From: Kofleriaceae bacterium
GTDB taxonomy: Bacteria; Myxococcota_A; Polyangia; Haliangiales; Haliangiaceae
Assembly: GCA_965215005.1 (NCBI GenBank)
Contig: CBDCCZ010000042.1
Coordinates: 192,001-256,000 of the forward strand
Length of the DNA: 64,000 bases
Reading direction: 5' to 3'
Below the pieces are notes generated by a model. It saw only the letters and a list, made by a program, of their open reading frames with translations, made no database searches and was not told the origin of the DNA. Positions 21,242 to 30,284 of the stretch are shown in pieces. How positions within the stretch are numbered: the stretch's first letter is position 1; each line of letters begins with the position of its first letter. The position numbers were made by a program, and so were the translations under genes.

Positions 21242-22125
21242 GAATCGCCCTCCTTGGGCTCGGGACCTAGCGCTTGCTGCATCCGGCGGGACAAGCGCTC
21301 GAGGCGGCTCGGACCAATCACCAACACCGCACGCGCGCCCGCACCGACTTGCGCGACCTCCATCCGACCGATGGCTTGTGCAACTAACAGCGCGCGGCTC
21401 CAGGGCTGCCGCGCTGCCTGCGCGCGCCAGGCCTGAGCGGCAGACGCCAGCGCGGCGCCGTCGCGGGTCTGGGTACCGGACATCAACGCGATGATCGCCA
21501 AATCATCGGCCACGTCGCCCCAGACCGCGAACGTCACCGGAACCGCATCCAAGTCGAACATGCTCGCCAGCCCAACGCGAGCATCAAAGTCGAGCCGCGC
21601 CGCGATGCGCAGCGCCGCGCCGGTGGCTGCCTCGGGCATGGCGGTGGCGCGAATCTCTGCCAGCTCAACGTCGTCGGCCAGCGGCTCGCGCGCGCCGGAG
21701 CGGACCTTCTGCACCTCTTCGAGCAGCGCCGGCGGCCCCAGCGCGCGAACGCCGTCGGCAAGGGGCAAGCCGCCTGACAGGGACACCTCGCCGCCCGAGA
21801 CCAGCGTTAGCGTGACGGCTTCAGGCGCGCCGACGTCGTAGGAGGCAAGCAGCACCGCGTCGGCATCGCGGAGCACGTTGAACTCCTCGCCGAACGCCCT
21901 CGCCTGCTGCCCGACCAGCGCCACGGTTGGTCCCACCACCGGATTGGCGCGCAGGCGCGCGAGGTCGAGCTCTAGCACCACGTCGGCGCCCGCCGGCGCA
22001 TAGGCCATGAGCATGTCGCCCACCGTCGCCGCACGCAGCGGCAGTAGCGGGGTCGTTGGCGGCAGTGGCCGACCTTCGCCGCCGCAGGCGACTAGCACCA
22101 TCAAGACGAGTGCGCCGCGGCTCAT
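21238..22125 (-). CDS. Hypothetical lipoprotein
   Basis: Lipobox LVAC; 4-bp overlaps with both hisC and aroA. Confidence 0.7.
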   Translation of the reverse strand: MSRGALVLMVLVACGGEGRPLPPTTPLLPLRAATVGDMLMAYAPAGADVVLELDLARLRANPVVGPTVALVGQQARAFGEEFNVLRDADAVLLASYDVGAPEAVTLTLVSGGEVSLSGGLPLADGVRALGPPALLEEVQKVRSGAREPLADDVELAEIRATAMPEAATGAALRIAARLDFDARVGLASMFDLDAVPVTFAVWGDVADDLAIIALMSGTQTRDGAALASAAQAWRAQAARQPWSRALLVAQAIGRMEVAQVGAGARAVLVIGPSRLERLSRRMQQALGPEPKEGDS

Positions 22126-23237
22126 GCGAGGAGCTCGGCGAGGGTGCGCGCCGCTCGCTCGCTCTCAGCGGGCGTTCCCACCGAGATGCGGATGTGCTGC
22201 GGCAGCCCCCAAGCGCGCATCGGCCGCACGATCACGCCGCGTCGCAACAGCGCCTCGTAGAGCGGCTCGGGATCACGAGCCACGTCGATGAGGACGAAGT
22301 TGGTCAGCGACGGGTAAGCGCGGAGCCCCAGGCTCGCGACCGCGCCGCTCAGCGCCGCGATACCGGTGCGCGCGGCATCGGCCGAGCGCTGCAGGTGGGC
22401 ATCATCATCGAGTGCTGCCAGCGCCGCCGCCTGCGCGACCAAGCTGGTGTTGAAGGGACGCCGCACCCGATTGAGGTACTCGACGACGCGCGCATCGCCA
22501 ACGCCGTAGCCGATACGCAATCCAGCCAGACCGTGAATCTTTGAAAACGTGCGCAGCGTGAGTAGCGCCGGCCGCGCTTCACTGCGATAGGTCATCGACT
22601 GCGGATACGCCGCGCCACTGGCCACCGCGTACTCGTGATAGGCCTCATCGACCACCAGCAAGGCGCGCTCGGGCAGTGCCTCGAGAAGCCGCTCGAACGC
22701 CGCGGGCTCGACGTGACGACCCGTGGGATTGTTGGGATTGGCGAGAAACACCAGCTTGGTGCGCGGGGTGATCGCGGCGATGAGCGCGTCGATGTCGCAC
22801 GCCAAATCGCCGGTGACCGGCGCCGACGCGAAGTCCACGCCAAAGGCCATCGCCGCGAGCCGGTAGCTGATGAAGGCGTAGTCGTGCGTCACGACCTGAT
22901 CGAGCCCGGGCTGACAGAACGCTTGGATCGCGAGATAGATGAGCTCATTCGAGCCAGCACCAAACACCAGCTCATCGGGGCGCACCTCGAGCCGCTGGGC
23001 GAGCGCGCGACGCAGCGTGAACACGCCGCCGTCGGGATAGCGATGGACATTGCTGGCTGCGCTCTCGATGGCAGCGATGGCGCGTGGCGAGGGCCCCATC
23101 GGGTTCTCGTTAGAGGCGAGCTTGATCGCACCGGTGATGCCGAGCTCGCGCTCGAGCTCTTCCACCGGCTTGCCCGGCTGATAGGCCTGTAGAGTGCGGA
23201 TGTTGTCGCGAGGAAGGGTTTCGAGGAACGAGCTCAT
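22122..23237 (-). CDS. hisC: Histidinol-phosphate/aromatic aminotransferase
   Basis: KLASNENP, NPNNPTG, DEAY, RTFSKIHGLAGLRIG. Confidence 0.95.
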   Translation of the reverse strand: MSSFLETLPRDNIRTLQAYQPGKPVEELERELGITGAIKLASNENPMGPSPRAIAAIESAASNVHRYPDGGVFTLRRALAQRLEVRPDELVFGAGSNELIYLAIQAFCQPGLDQVVTHDYAFISYRLAAMAFGVDFASAPVTGDLACDIDALIAAITPRTKLVFLANPNNPTGRHVEPAAFERLLEALPERALLVVDEAYHEYAVASGAAYPQSMTYRSEARPALLTLRTFSKIHGLAGLRIGYGVGDARVVEYLNRVRRPFNTSLVAQAAALAALDDDAHLQRSADAARTGIAALSGAVASLGLRAYPSLTNFVLIDVARDPEPLYEALLRRGVIVRPMRAWGLPQHIRISVGTPAESERAARTLAELLA

Positions 23238-24328
23238 GAAAGATCTGCTTTGCGGTAGGAGCCGAGCACCTTGACCTGACAGTCCGGCGGAATCGCCGCG
23301 AGCACCGCGGCAATGGGCGGGTCATCGCGATGGCCCTCGAGGTCGAGGAAGAAGACGTATTCCCACGCCTGTCGCTTGGAGGGTCGACTCTCGATTTTGC
23401 TGAGGTTGACGCCGGCCTCGGAGATCGGCCGCAGCGCCTGATAGAGGTCGCCCGGACGGTTGCCGAGCACCAGCAGAAGCGAGGTTTTGTAATCGCCGGC
23501 GGCCGCTCGTGGCTCGTCGACGGCGGCGCCTATCACTAAAAAGCGCGTCGCGTTGCTAGCGGAATCTTGCACCGCGCGGCGCAACACGGAAAGGCCGTAC
23601 ATGCGTGCGGCCATCTCGCCGGCGATCGCGCCACCGGCGCCATCATCGCTAGCGCGGCGCGCGGCAGCGGCGGTGGAAGCGCACTCGATGATGCGCGCTG
23701 CGGGCAGGTTGGCGTGCAGCCACGCGCGGCACTGGGCGATGCCTTGCGGGTGCGAGTAGATGCGCTCGAGCTGCCCTTCGCGTACATCCGCTCGCGCAAG
23801 CAGACACTGCTCCACGGCAATCACGAGCTCCGCGCGAATCACCAGAGGCGTCTCGAGAAAAGTATCGAGAGTGTGGCTGACCACCCCTTCGGTGGAGTTC
23901 TCCACCGGCACCACGCCGAACTCCGCTTGGCCACGCTCGACCTCTTCGAACACCATGGCGATCGAGCCGCAGGGCACCGTTGGCGCCGAGGTGCCGAAGT
24001 GTCGCTTGACCGCCTGATGGGTAAACGTCGCTTCGGGGCCGAGATACGCGACGCGCACGCCCTTCTCGAGGCTGAGGCACGCACTGATCACTTCTTGGAA
24101 CACCGGACGAATCCCACTGGTGGGAAACGGTCCGGCATTGGCCTCTTGCAGGCGATCGATGATGGCGCGCTCGCGACTGGGCACGTAGAAACCACCCCCG
24201 CTCGATTGCTTACACGCGCCAACCGCTTCCACCAGGTGCGCACGGCGATTGAGCAGCGCCAACAGGGCATCGTCGACGGCGTCGATTTCCGCTCGCAAAG
24301 ACGCGAGCTTATCGTCGGCCGGGGCCAT
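23234..24328 (-). CDS. pheA: Chorismate mutase / prephenate dehydratase (P-protein)
   Basis: LRAEIDAVD CM domain, VPVENSTEG, SHPQ, NATRF, IESRP ACT domain. Confidence 0.96.
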   Translation of the reverse strand: MAPADDKLASLRAEIDAVDDALLALLNRRAHLVEAVGACKQSSGGGFYVPSRERAIIDRLQEANAGPFPTSGIRPVFQEVISACLSLEKGVRVAYLGPEATFTHQAVKRHFGTSAPTVPCGSIAMVFEEVERGQAEFGVVPVENSTEGVVSHTLDTFLETPLVIRAELVIAVEQCLLARADVREGQLERIYSHPQGIAQCRAWLHANLPAARIIECASTAAAARRASDDGAGGAIAGEMAARMYGLSVLRRAVQDSASNATRFLVIGAAVDEPRAAAGDYKTSLLLVLGNRPGDLYQALRPISEAGVNLSKIESRPSKRQAWEYVFFLDLEGHRDDPPIAAVLAAIPPDCQVKVLGSYRKADLS

Positions 24329-24400
24329 TGCCGGCAGACTCTACTATAGTTAGCCTCCAGCGCGTAACGCTCTGCGTGCTGCCACCCTCTATCGAAACAG

Positions 24401-26134
24401 ATGCCGCGTATACCACTGCCCTTCCATCGCCGCGTCGGTGCCCTCGCCACCGCCTTCGTGGTCTTGCTGATCCCCGCACTGGCCTGGGCCGGAGGCGACG
24501 GCGACTTCGCCGCCAGTCGCGACAAAGGCGTGCTCGGCCTCTATCTAGCGGCCTACGGCGCCGGCGTGATGACCGCGCTCACCCCGTGCGTCTACCCAAT
24601 GATCCCCATCGTCATTGGCGTGTTCGGCGCCCGCGACGATGGCACCTCGCGCGGCCGCGCCTTCGCCCTCGCCACTTCCTATGTAATGGGCATGGCGCTC
24701 CTCTACAGCGTCCTGGGCGTGTTGTTTGCCCTCGCCGGCAAGCAAGCCGGATCATTGCTCGCCAATCCGTGGGTGGTCCTGCCGATGGTCGCGATGTTCT
24801 TGGCGCTGGCGCTCTCGATGTTCGGCGCCTTCGAAATTCGCGTCCCAATGGCGCTGCAAAACCGGCTCAGTCACGTCGGCGGCCGCGGCTACGCCGGCGC
24901 GTTTGCCATGGGTTTGGTCGGCGGCGTGGTCGCGGCACCGTGCGTGGGGCCGTTTCTCGGCGGCCTGCTCTTCTACATCACCAAGACCCGCGACGTGGTG
25001 CTCGGCGGCAGCGCGCTGTTTGTCTACGCCCTCGGCATGGGGTTGCTGTTTTGGATCGTCGCGGTGTTCACCGGGTCGCTGCCACGTAGCGGCCGCTGGA
25101 TGGAGTGGATCAAGAGCATCGGCGGCATTGGTCTCTTGGTGGTCGCGCTGTACTTCCTGCGGCCCATCGTTCCCGCTCTCGAGAATGTCGTCGTCAAGGA
25201 CCTGCGTTTTCTTCTCGGAGCGCTGGGTTTGGTCGGCGCCGGCATCGCGCTCGGCGCGGTGCACCTCTCGTTCTACGATCGCTGGAGCATCAAGCTGCGC
25301 AAAGGCCTGGGCGTGGCGTTGGCCGTTACCGGCGCCGCCGGAGTTTGGTTTTGGACGCTCACGAGCGATCGCAAGCTCGACTGGGTGCACGATGAGGAGC
25401 TGGCGTTTGCGCAGGCGCGCGCCGATGGCAAAGCGGTGATGATCGATTTCGCCGCCGATTGGTGCTCGCCGTGCAAGAAGCTCGAGATCGTCTTCGCAAA
25501 ACCTGAGGTGTTCACGCTGCTCGAGGAGCGCTTCGTGCCGCTCAAGTACGATGTCTCAAACGGCACCGATGCGGATGAGGCGGCGCAAACCAAGTGGGCG
25601 GCAGAAACGTTGCCAGCGGTCATCTTCGTCGACGCCAGTGGCCGCGAGCTAGCCCGGGTCAAGGATCTGGTGGAAGCCGAGGAGATGGTCGCCGTCATCG
25701 AGCGCGCGCTGGCTATCGCCGAGGAGCTGCCCGCCGCGCCCCCCGCCGAAGAGCAGTCCGTGGCTCCTGCCGCGAGCGACGCGCGCGCGCTGCCCTGGGT
25801 TGAGCGCGATGCGCAGAGCGCCTTCGCTGCCGCCCGCGCGGCCGGCAAAGGAGTGATGGTCGACGTGTCGGCAGAATGGTGCGCCTCCTGCGAAGAGCTC
25901 GAGGCGACGTTTGCAGCGGCGCCGGTGTTCCAGCGGCTCCAGGCGCACTACGTGCCGGTCAAGATCGACGTCACGGCCGGCACCGCTGAGGACCAAGCGC
26001 TGCAGAGCGAGTATCAGGCCTCGACGCTGCCAACTGTCATCTTCTACGACGCCGACGGCAAGGAAGAGGGCCGGATCACTAAATACCTAGCCCCGGCCGA
26101 ATTTCTGGCCACCCTCGACTCCTTCGCCCGCTGA
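24401..26134 (+). CDS. DsbD/CcdA-type disulfide reductase with two C-terminal thioredoxin domains
   Basis: LTPCVYPMIP and APCVGP membrane Cys pair; WCSPC and WCASC thioredoxin motifs. Confidence 0.9.
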   Translation: MPRIPLPFHRRVGALATAFVVLLIPALAWAGGDGDFAASRDKGVLGLYLAAYGAGVMTALTPCVYPMIPIVIGVFGARDDGTSRGRAFALATSYVMGMALLYSVLGVLFALAGKQAGSLLANPWVVLPMVAMFLALALSMFGAFEIRVPMALQNRLSHVGGRGYAGAFAMGLVGGVVAAPCVGPFLGGLLFYITKTRDVVLGGSALFVYALGMGLLFWIVAVFTGSLPRSGRWMEWIKSIGGIGLLVVALYFLRPIVPALENVVVKDLRFLLGALGLVGAGIALGAVHLSFYDRWSIKLRKGLGVALAVTGAAGVWFWTLTSDRKLDWVHDEELAFAQARADGKAVMIDFAADWCSPCKKLEIVFAKPEVFTLLEERFVPLKYDVSNGTDADEAAQTKWAAETLPAVIFVDASGRELARVKDLVEAEEMVAVIERALAIAEELPAAPPAEEQSVAPAASDARALPWVERDAQSAFAAARAAGKGVMVDVSAEWCASCEELEATFAAAPVFQRLQAHYVPVKIDVTAGTAEDQALQSEYQASTLPTVIFYDADGKEEGRITKYLAPAEFLATLDSFAR

Positions 26135-26143
26135 TCCGCCTCG

Positions 26144-27127
26144 CTAGCGCACGGGCACGCCCAGATGCAAGATGCGCGAGCCGGCGCGAGCCGCTGGGTT
26201 GTTGCTCTTGCCAACGCACACCCCCGCCTGCGGCGCCACGTATTCACGCACCAGATCGCCCCAGACATTGCGCAAGCGGCCGATGACCTCGCCTTCGGCA
26301 ATCGATGCGGCCAGCTCGGGATAGACCTCGAGCACTCCGCCGCGGTCGGTGTAGAGCCAATACGAGCTGCCACATTCGATGCAGGGACGCGGCGCGTCCG
26401 CCTGTCGGCTGCTCACCATCTCGAGGTACTCGAGCACCCCTTGGATCCCCAGCTGCGCTTCCTGCACCAGCCCGTGCTGAAAGCGCTGAGGATCGCCAAC
26501 CTCCACGGTCACCGCGTGCACCCCCATCTCCGCCATGGCCGCGCGAAAGGTTCCGTCGCCGCCGGTGTTGTGCACGATGATCTGCGGACTGATCAGTCGG
26601 GCCAGCGCGGCAGTTTCGGAGCGGGTCATGTCGGCGCGCACGTACAGCGAGTTGACGCGCCCGAAGCTGGCGGTGTGCAGATCGATCAAGTAGTGGAAGT
26701 GCGACGCGATGCGCTGCAGGAACCGATGCGCGTACAGCTGGCCGCAGTTGCCGTCGGGCTTGCCGGGCATGATGCGATTGAGATCTTGGCCATCCTCGAA
26801 CGCACGCTGATGGTTGAGGTATCCCGGGATGTTCATGATCGGCACTGCCACCAGCGTGCCGCGTAGCAGCTGCTCGGCGTTGACCGACTCGATGAGCTCG
26901 TGGATCACCGAAATGCCGTTGAGCTCGTTGCCGTGGACCACGGCGGTGATGCCGACGATAGGCCCGGGTTTGGGTGCGCGCAGCACCAACACCGGAACCA
27001 GGGTCTCGTTACCGGTGGCGTTCTCGCTCATCACCACACGTACCCGATGCGCTCCAGGACCCAATGCTTGTAAATCGAGCGCAGAGACGATGGGCGGTCG
27101 AACGAACGGTTTCGGCGAGAGAGTCAA
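26144..27127 (-). CDS. Succinylglutamate desuccinylase/aspartoacylase (M14-like) family protein
   Basis: HGNELNG, DLNR, IDLHT; C-terminal biotinyl-like hairpin. Confidence 0.9.
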   Translation of the reverse strand: MTLSPKPFVRPPIVSALDLQALGPGAHRVRVVMSENATGNETLVPVLVLRAPKPGPIVGITAVVHGNELNGISVIHELIESVNAEQLLRGTLVAVPIMNIPGYLNHQRAFEDGQDLNRIMPGKPDGNCGQLYAHRFLQRIASHFHYLIDLHTASFGRVNSLYVRADMTRSETAALARLISPQIIVHNTGGDGTFRAAMAEMGVHAVTVEVGDPQRFQHGLVQEAQLGIQGVLEYLEMVSSRQADAPRPCIECGSSYWLYTDRGGVLEVYPELAASIAEGEVIGRLRNVWGDLVREYVAPQAGVCVGKSNNPAARAGSRILHLGVPVR

Positions 27128-27207
27128 TCGATGCCTCCTGCGACAGCGCGTTCGTCAGCTTGCAACTACACGCTTGCAGGAGCAACGCATCAAGTACGAC
27201 GCCGCGT

Positions 27208-27291
27208 GTCTCCCCAAGCGATTGTTGCTTTGCTAGCGGTTTGCCGACTCACGCCGCAAACCACGAGAGGCTCGGTTGTAGTGAGCGCGAC
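27208..27291 (-). repeat. Intergenic copy of the dispersed element (5' segment, hairpin and start of core)
   Basis: Reverse complement reads gtcgcgctcactacaaccgagcc-tctcgtggtttgcggc-GTGA-gtcggcaaaccgctag-caaagcaacaatcgcttggggagac. Confidence 0.8.
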
Positions 27292-27459
27292 AGCCACCGG
27301 GGGGTCGCCATCGTGGGTCGGCGGTGACCCGGGGTCGCTTTCGACCCATGGGCTGCTCGCGCACCTTTACGCACGAAAAACAGCTTCGTTTGCTCGCTCA
27401 CTCAAGAATTCGCGACTGTTTACCGAGTTTGGCCAATGGCGCCCCGCGGCCGCGATCGC

Positions 27460-27475
27460 TGGCCTGCATTTCGCA
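27460..27475 (+). promoter_or_regulatory. Candidate sigma54 (-24/-12) promoter of fliA
   Basis: TGGCCTGCATTTCGCA has GG-N10-GC spacing; 28 nt before the ATG, followed by an AAGGAG RBS. Confidence 0.45.
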
Positions 27476-27503
27476 CAAGAGGCTGGTCAAGGAGACGACG
27501 ACC

Positions 27504-28193
27504 ATGCCCGCACTCGCCAACGCTCAGCTCGACTCTCGCGACGACCTCATCGCTTCTCATCTCGATATGGCGCGACGCCTAGCGAGAAAGATGGCGCGTC
27601 GACTGCCGCGCAGCGTTCGCTTCGACGAGCTCGAGAGCGCCGCGCTCCTCGGGCTCACCGAAGCCGCCACGCGCTACGACGCGACCCGCGGCGAGCCGTT
27701 CGTCGCCTACGCCGCCAAACGCGTGCGCGGCGCGATTCTCGACGAGCTGCGCCGCTGCGACATCCTCACCCGGCGCGGCCGCGAAGGCGCCCGTCGGCTC
27801 GAAGAAGCGACCCGCACCGTCGAGCTGCGCGCCGGCCGACCGGCGACCACCGACGAGATTGCCAAGGAGATGGGCCTGAGCACCGATGAAGTCTCTCGTG
27901 CCCGTGCGCGGTTGTCGGCGCCGGCGCTGGTTCCCATCGAAGATGCCCGCGATCTGCCGCGCACCGAGGACAGCGACGCCCCCGACGAGCTGTGCATTCG
28001 CAGCCAAGAGAAAGCCGCGTTGGCCGATGCGCTCAAAAAGCTGCCCGAGCGCGACCTGATGGTGCTGTCGATGTACTTCCAAGACAGCTTGACCCTCAAG
28101 GAGATCGGCGACGTCCTCGGCGTCTCCGAGTCTCGCGCCTGCCAAATTCGCGGCCGCGCGCTGCGCGCCCTGCGCCGCCTGGTCATCGACTGA
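27504..28193 (+). CDS. fliA: FliA/WhiG-family (sigma28) RNA polymerase sigma factor
   Basis: RLPRSVRFDELES, YAAKRVRGAILDELRRCD (region 2); LTLKEIGDVLGVSESRACQI (region 4). Confidence 0.9.
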   Translation: MPALANAQLDSRDDLIASHLDMARRLARKMARRLPRSVRFDELESAALLGLTEAATRYDATRGEPFVAYAAKRVRGAILDELRRCDILTRRGREGARRLEEATRTVELRAGRPATTDEIAKEMGLSTDEVSRARARLSAPALVPIEDARDLPRTEDSDAPDELCIRSQEKAALADALKKLPERDLMVLSMYFQDSLTLKEIGDVLGVSESRACQIRGRALRALRRLVID

Positions 28194-28299
28194 AACCCTC
28201 GCTCCTGCGCTATCGCACTGCTTGCGCATCGCGCTTACCAATCCGTCCATCAGCAACGCAAAGCGGCCTACGCCGACATGCCGCGCTATACTACCTGCC

Positions 28300-28575
28300 G
28301 TGCCTCAGCGACCCAGCACCTCCCATGCCTCTGCAGCGCGCCAGCAGCGCGTGGAGGAAATCAAGCGCCGAATCCGCGAGGGCCGCTATGAGATCGACTA
28401 CGACAGCCTCGCAGATAGGCTCCTAGCGGTTCACGGCGGAAGTCGTGAACCGCTGGAAAAACCACCATCGCTTGGGGAGACGCCGAAGGGGGCGCCTGAG
28501 CAGCAGAAGTCTGCCGCCCTTGCCCCGGCCGACGAGGGCGAAGCCAGCGGCGACGACGAGCGACCGCAGAGCTGA
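28300..28575 (+). CDS. flgM: Minimal FlgM-like anti-sigma28 with a repeat-derived C-terminal extension
   Basis: RQQRVEEIKRRIREGRYEIDYDSLADRLL fits the FlgM C-terminal sigma-binding motif; directly downstream of fliA; GTG at 28300 follows TATACT (alternative TTG at 28222). Confidence 0.75.
   Translation: MPQRPSTSHASAARQQRVEEIKRRIREGRYEIDYDSLADRLLAVHGGSREPLEKPPSLGETPKGAPEQQKSAALAPADEGEASGDDERPQS
28423..28527 (+). repeat. Best-preserved copy of the dispersed element (GNRA hairpin plus 61-bp core)
   Basis: ctagcggttcacggc-GGAA-gtcgtgaaccgctgg followed by atcgcttggggagacgccgaagggggcgcctgagcagcagaagtctgccgcccttgccccg. Confidence 0.9.
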
Positions 28576-28588
28576 TACTCTGGCAGCC

Positions 28589-30112
28589 GTGCGGCTCGGC
28601 GAGATGTTGCTAGGCGATGGCGTCATCGATGCCGCTCAACTCAGCACGGCGCTTGCTCAACAAGCCACCGAAGGGGGCCGGCTCGGCACCAACCTCCTCG
28701 ACCTCGGATTCGTGACTGTCGACCAGCTCGCTGCCGCGCTCGCGCAGCAGCAAGGAGTGCCGGCGGCACTGCTGCGGCACCTCCAGCGCGCCGACCCGGT
28801 TCTCATCGAGTTGGTGCCGCGGGCTCTCGCAGAGCATCTAGCCGCCTATCCGGTGGCGTACTCGCTGGCCGGCGGGCAGCGGCGATTGGTCGTCTGCCTG
28901 CGGGATCCTAGCGCAGCGTCCGCCACCGCGATCGCTACTGCTACGGGCCTGCAGGTGGTGCCATGCGTCGCCGCAGAGGCCGTGATCTACGCGCTGCTCG
29001 AGCGCGGCTATGGCGCCCCGCGTCCGCCCCGCTTTCGCCGAGGGCAGCGCCAACCGGCCTCGTCGAGCGGGCGCGGGCATGCTTCCCAGCCCGCCCTCGA
29101 GCCGCCCGACCTCGAGCCGCTCGACCTCGAGCCGCTCGACCTCGAGATCGACTTCGACGCCGAAGAAACGCCGCCGCCGATGCTCATGCTGGTCGAGCTC
29201 GACGACGCTGCCGTGGAGCGCGACGACTCGCAGGTCGGCCCCGCGACAAGTCAGCAGCGCACCCGCCTCATCGACTACTTCGGCTCCCATGACCAACCCA
29301 CGCCACCGGTTGCGTCCACGCCAGAGCCACCGCCGGAGCGCATGACCTCTACAGCGGCAGCTCCGCCGCCGTCAACGCCGGCGCGTGCTGCGCCACCCAA
29401 CTCTCAAGCGGCTAGCGACCCGCCACCAGCGCCGGCGCCCGCTGCACCACCCTCGGCCCCAGCACGCGAAGACCTCGACGACGGCTGGGAGCTCGATGAC
29501 GAACGGCCCACGTGGGTTCGCGCCGCCGACCGCGCCGCGGACGAGGCCGACGAGGCCCGGGTCGCGCGAGATCCACACGCTCGAGCACGACCTCCCGCCG
29601 CGGCCATCGGCTTCCGCGAGACCTTGACGGCCATCGCCAATGCCGCCGATCGCAGCGGTATCGTCGATGCAGTCGTCGCGTTCATGCGCGAGCGATTTGC
29701 CGCCGCTCTCGTGCTCACCTGCAAAGATGGATTGGCGCTCGGTCATCGCGGCTTCGGCGGCGCCTTCGATGCGGTGTCAGTGGAATCGGTGGTGATTCCC
29801 ATGTCGATGACGTCGTGCTTTCGCGTCGCGCATGACCACGGCACGCTGCATCGCGGCCCCCCGAGCGCAACGATGTCTGCCGTGCAGCAGCGGTTCCTCA
29901 AGCTGTTTCCCGACCACCGCCCTGCCGAGGTCGTCGTGGCGCCGGTGCGAGTCGGCAATCGAGTCGTCTGTATGTTCTATGGCCACCCAGAAGCCGGAAC
30001 TCTCTTGAACGATGAGGTCGTTGCCGACCTCGCAGAGCTCGCCAACGCCACCGCGGAGGGTTTCGTGCGCCTCATACGCGAAGGCAAGCAGCGCCGCTCG
30101 CCGTCTACATAA
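28589..30112 (+). CDS. MshEN (T2SSE_N) c-di-GMP-binding protein with Pro-rich linker and GAF-like C-domain; no ATPase
   Basis: Tandem RLGEMLLGDGVI...LSTALAQQ / RLGTNLLDLGFV...LAAALAQQ motifs; no Walker A; C-terminal VVVAPVRVGNRVVCMFYG. Confidence 0.8.
   Translation: MRLGEMLLGDGVIDAAQLSTALAQQATEGGRLGTNLLDLGFVTVDQLAAALAQQQGVPAALLRHLQRADPVLIELVPRALAEHLAAYPVAYSLAGGQRRLVVCLRDPSAASATAIATATGLQVVPCVAAEAVIYALLERGYGAPRPPRFRRGQRQPASSSGRGHASQPALEPPDLEPLDLEPLDLEIDFDAEETPPPMLMLVELDDAAVERDDSQVGPATSQQRTRLIDYFGSHDQPTPPVASTPEPPPERMTSTAAAPPPSTPARAAPPNSQAASDPPPAPAPAAPPSAPAREDLDDGWELDDERPTWVRAADRAADEADEARVARDPHARARPPAAAIGFRETLTAIANAADRSGIVDAVVAFMRERFAAALVLTCKDGLALGHRGFGGAFDAVSVESVVIPMSMTSCFRVAHDHGTLHRGPPSATMSAVQQRFLKLFPDHRPAEVVVAPVRVGNRVVCMFYGHPEAGTLLNDEVVADLAELANATAEGFVRLIREGKQRRSPST
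29096..29146 (+). repeat. 15-bp in-frame tandem repeat (LEPxD x3)
   Basis: ctcgagccgc(c/t)cgac repeated three times plus a partial unit. Confidence 0.85.
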
Positions 30113-30284
30113 GGCGCAGCGTCGCTAGCTGCCAGCCACGTCCATCGCACACGCGCATACGCGTCTGCTCAGAGATTTCCCCTTTTGGCTCATAGCCTTA
30201 ATGACAGTCCGTCGCTGCCACGTTACGATGTACGAACATCCAAGCCCCGCGAACGATGCGGTGATCATCTTGGTTGGAGCAACT

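Noticed and set aside
28250..28280. Possible sigma28 promoter upstream of flgM (GCCGACAT)
   Set aside because: The -35 element is poor at the required spacing, and a sigma70-like TATACT explains the start better.
28470..28500. GGAGACGCCGAAGG resembles the glycine riboswitch core
   Set aside because: There is no P2 stem between GGAGA and CCGAAG and no CTCTCAGG. Copies lie inside or at the 3' end of genes in either orientation rather than in leaders of glycine genes.
28445..28588. ORF-track start of the MshEN protein at 28445
   Set aside because: It begins inside the repeat element and overlaps flgM; the MshEN motif begins at GTG 28589.
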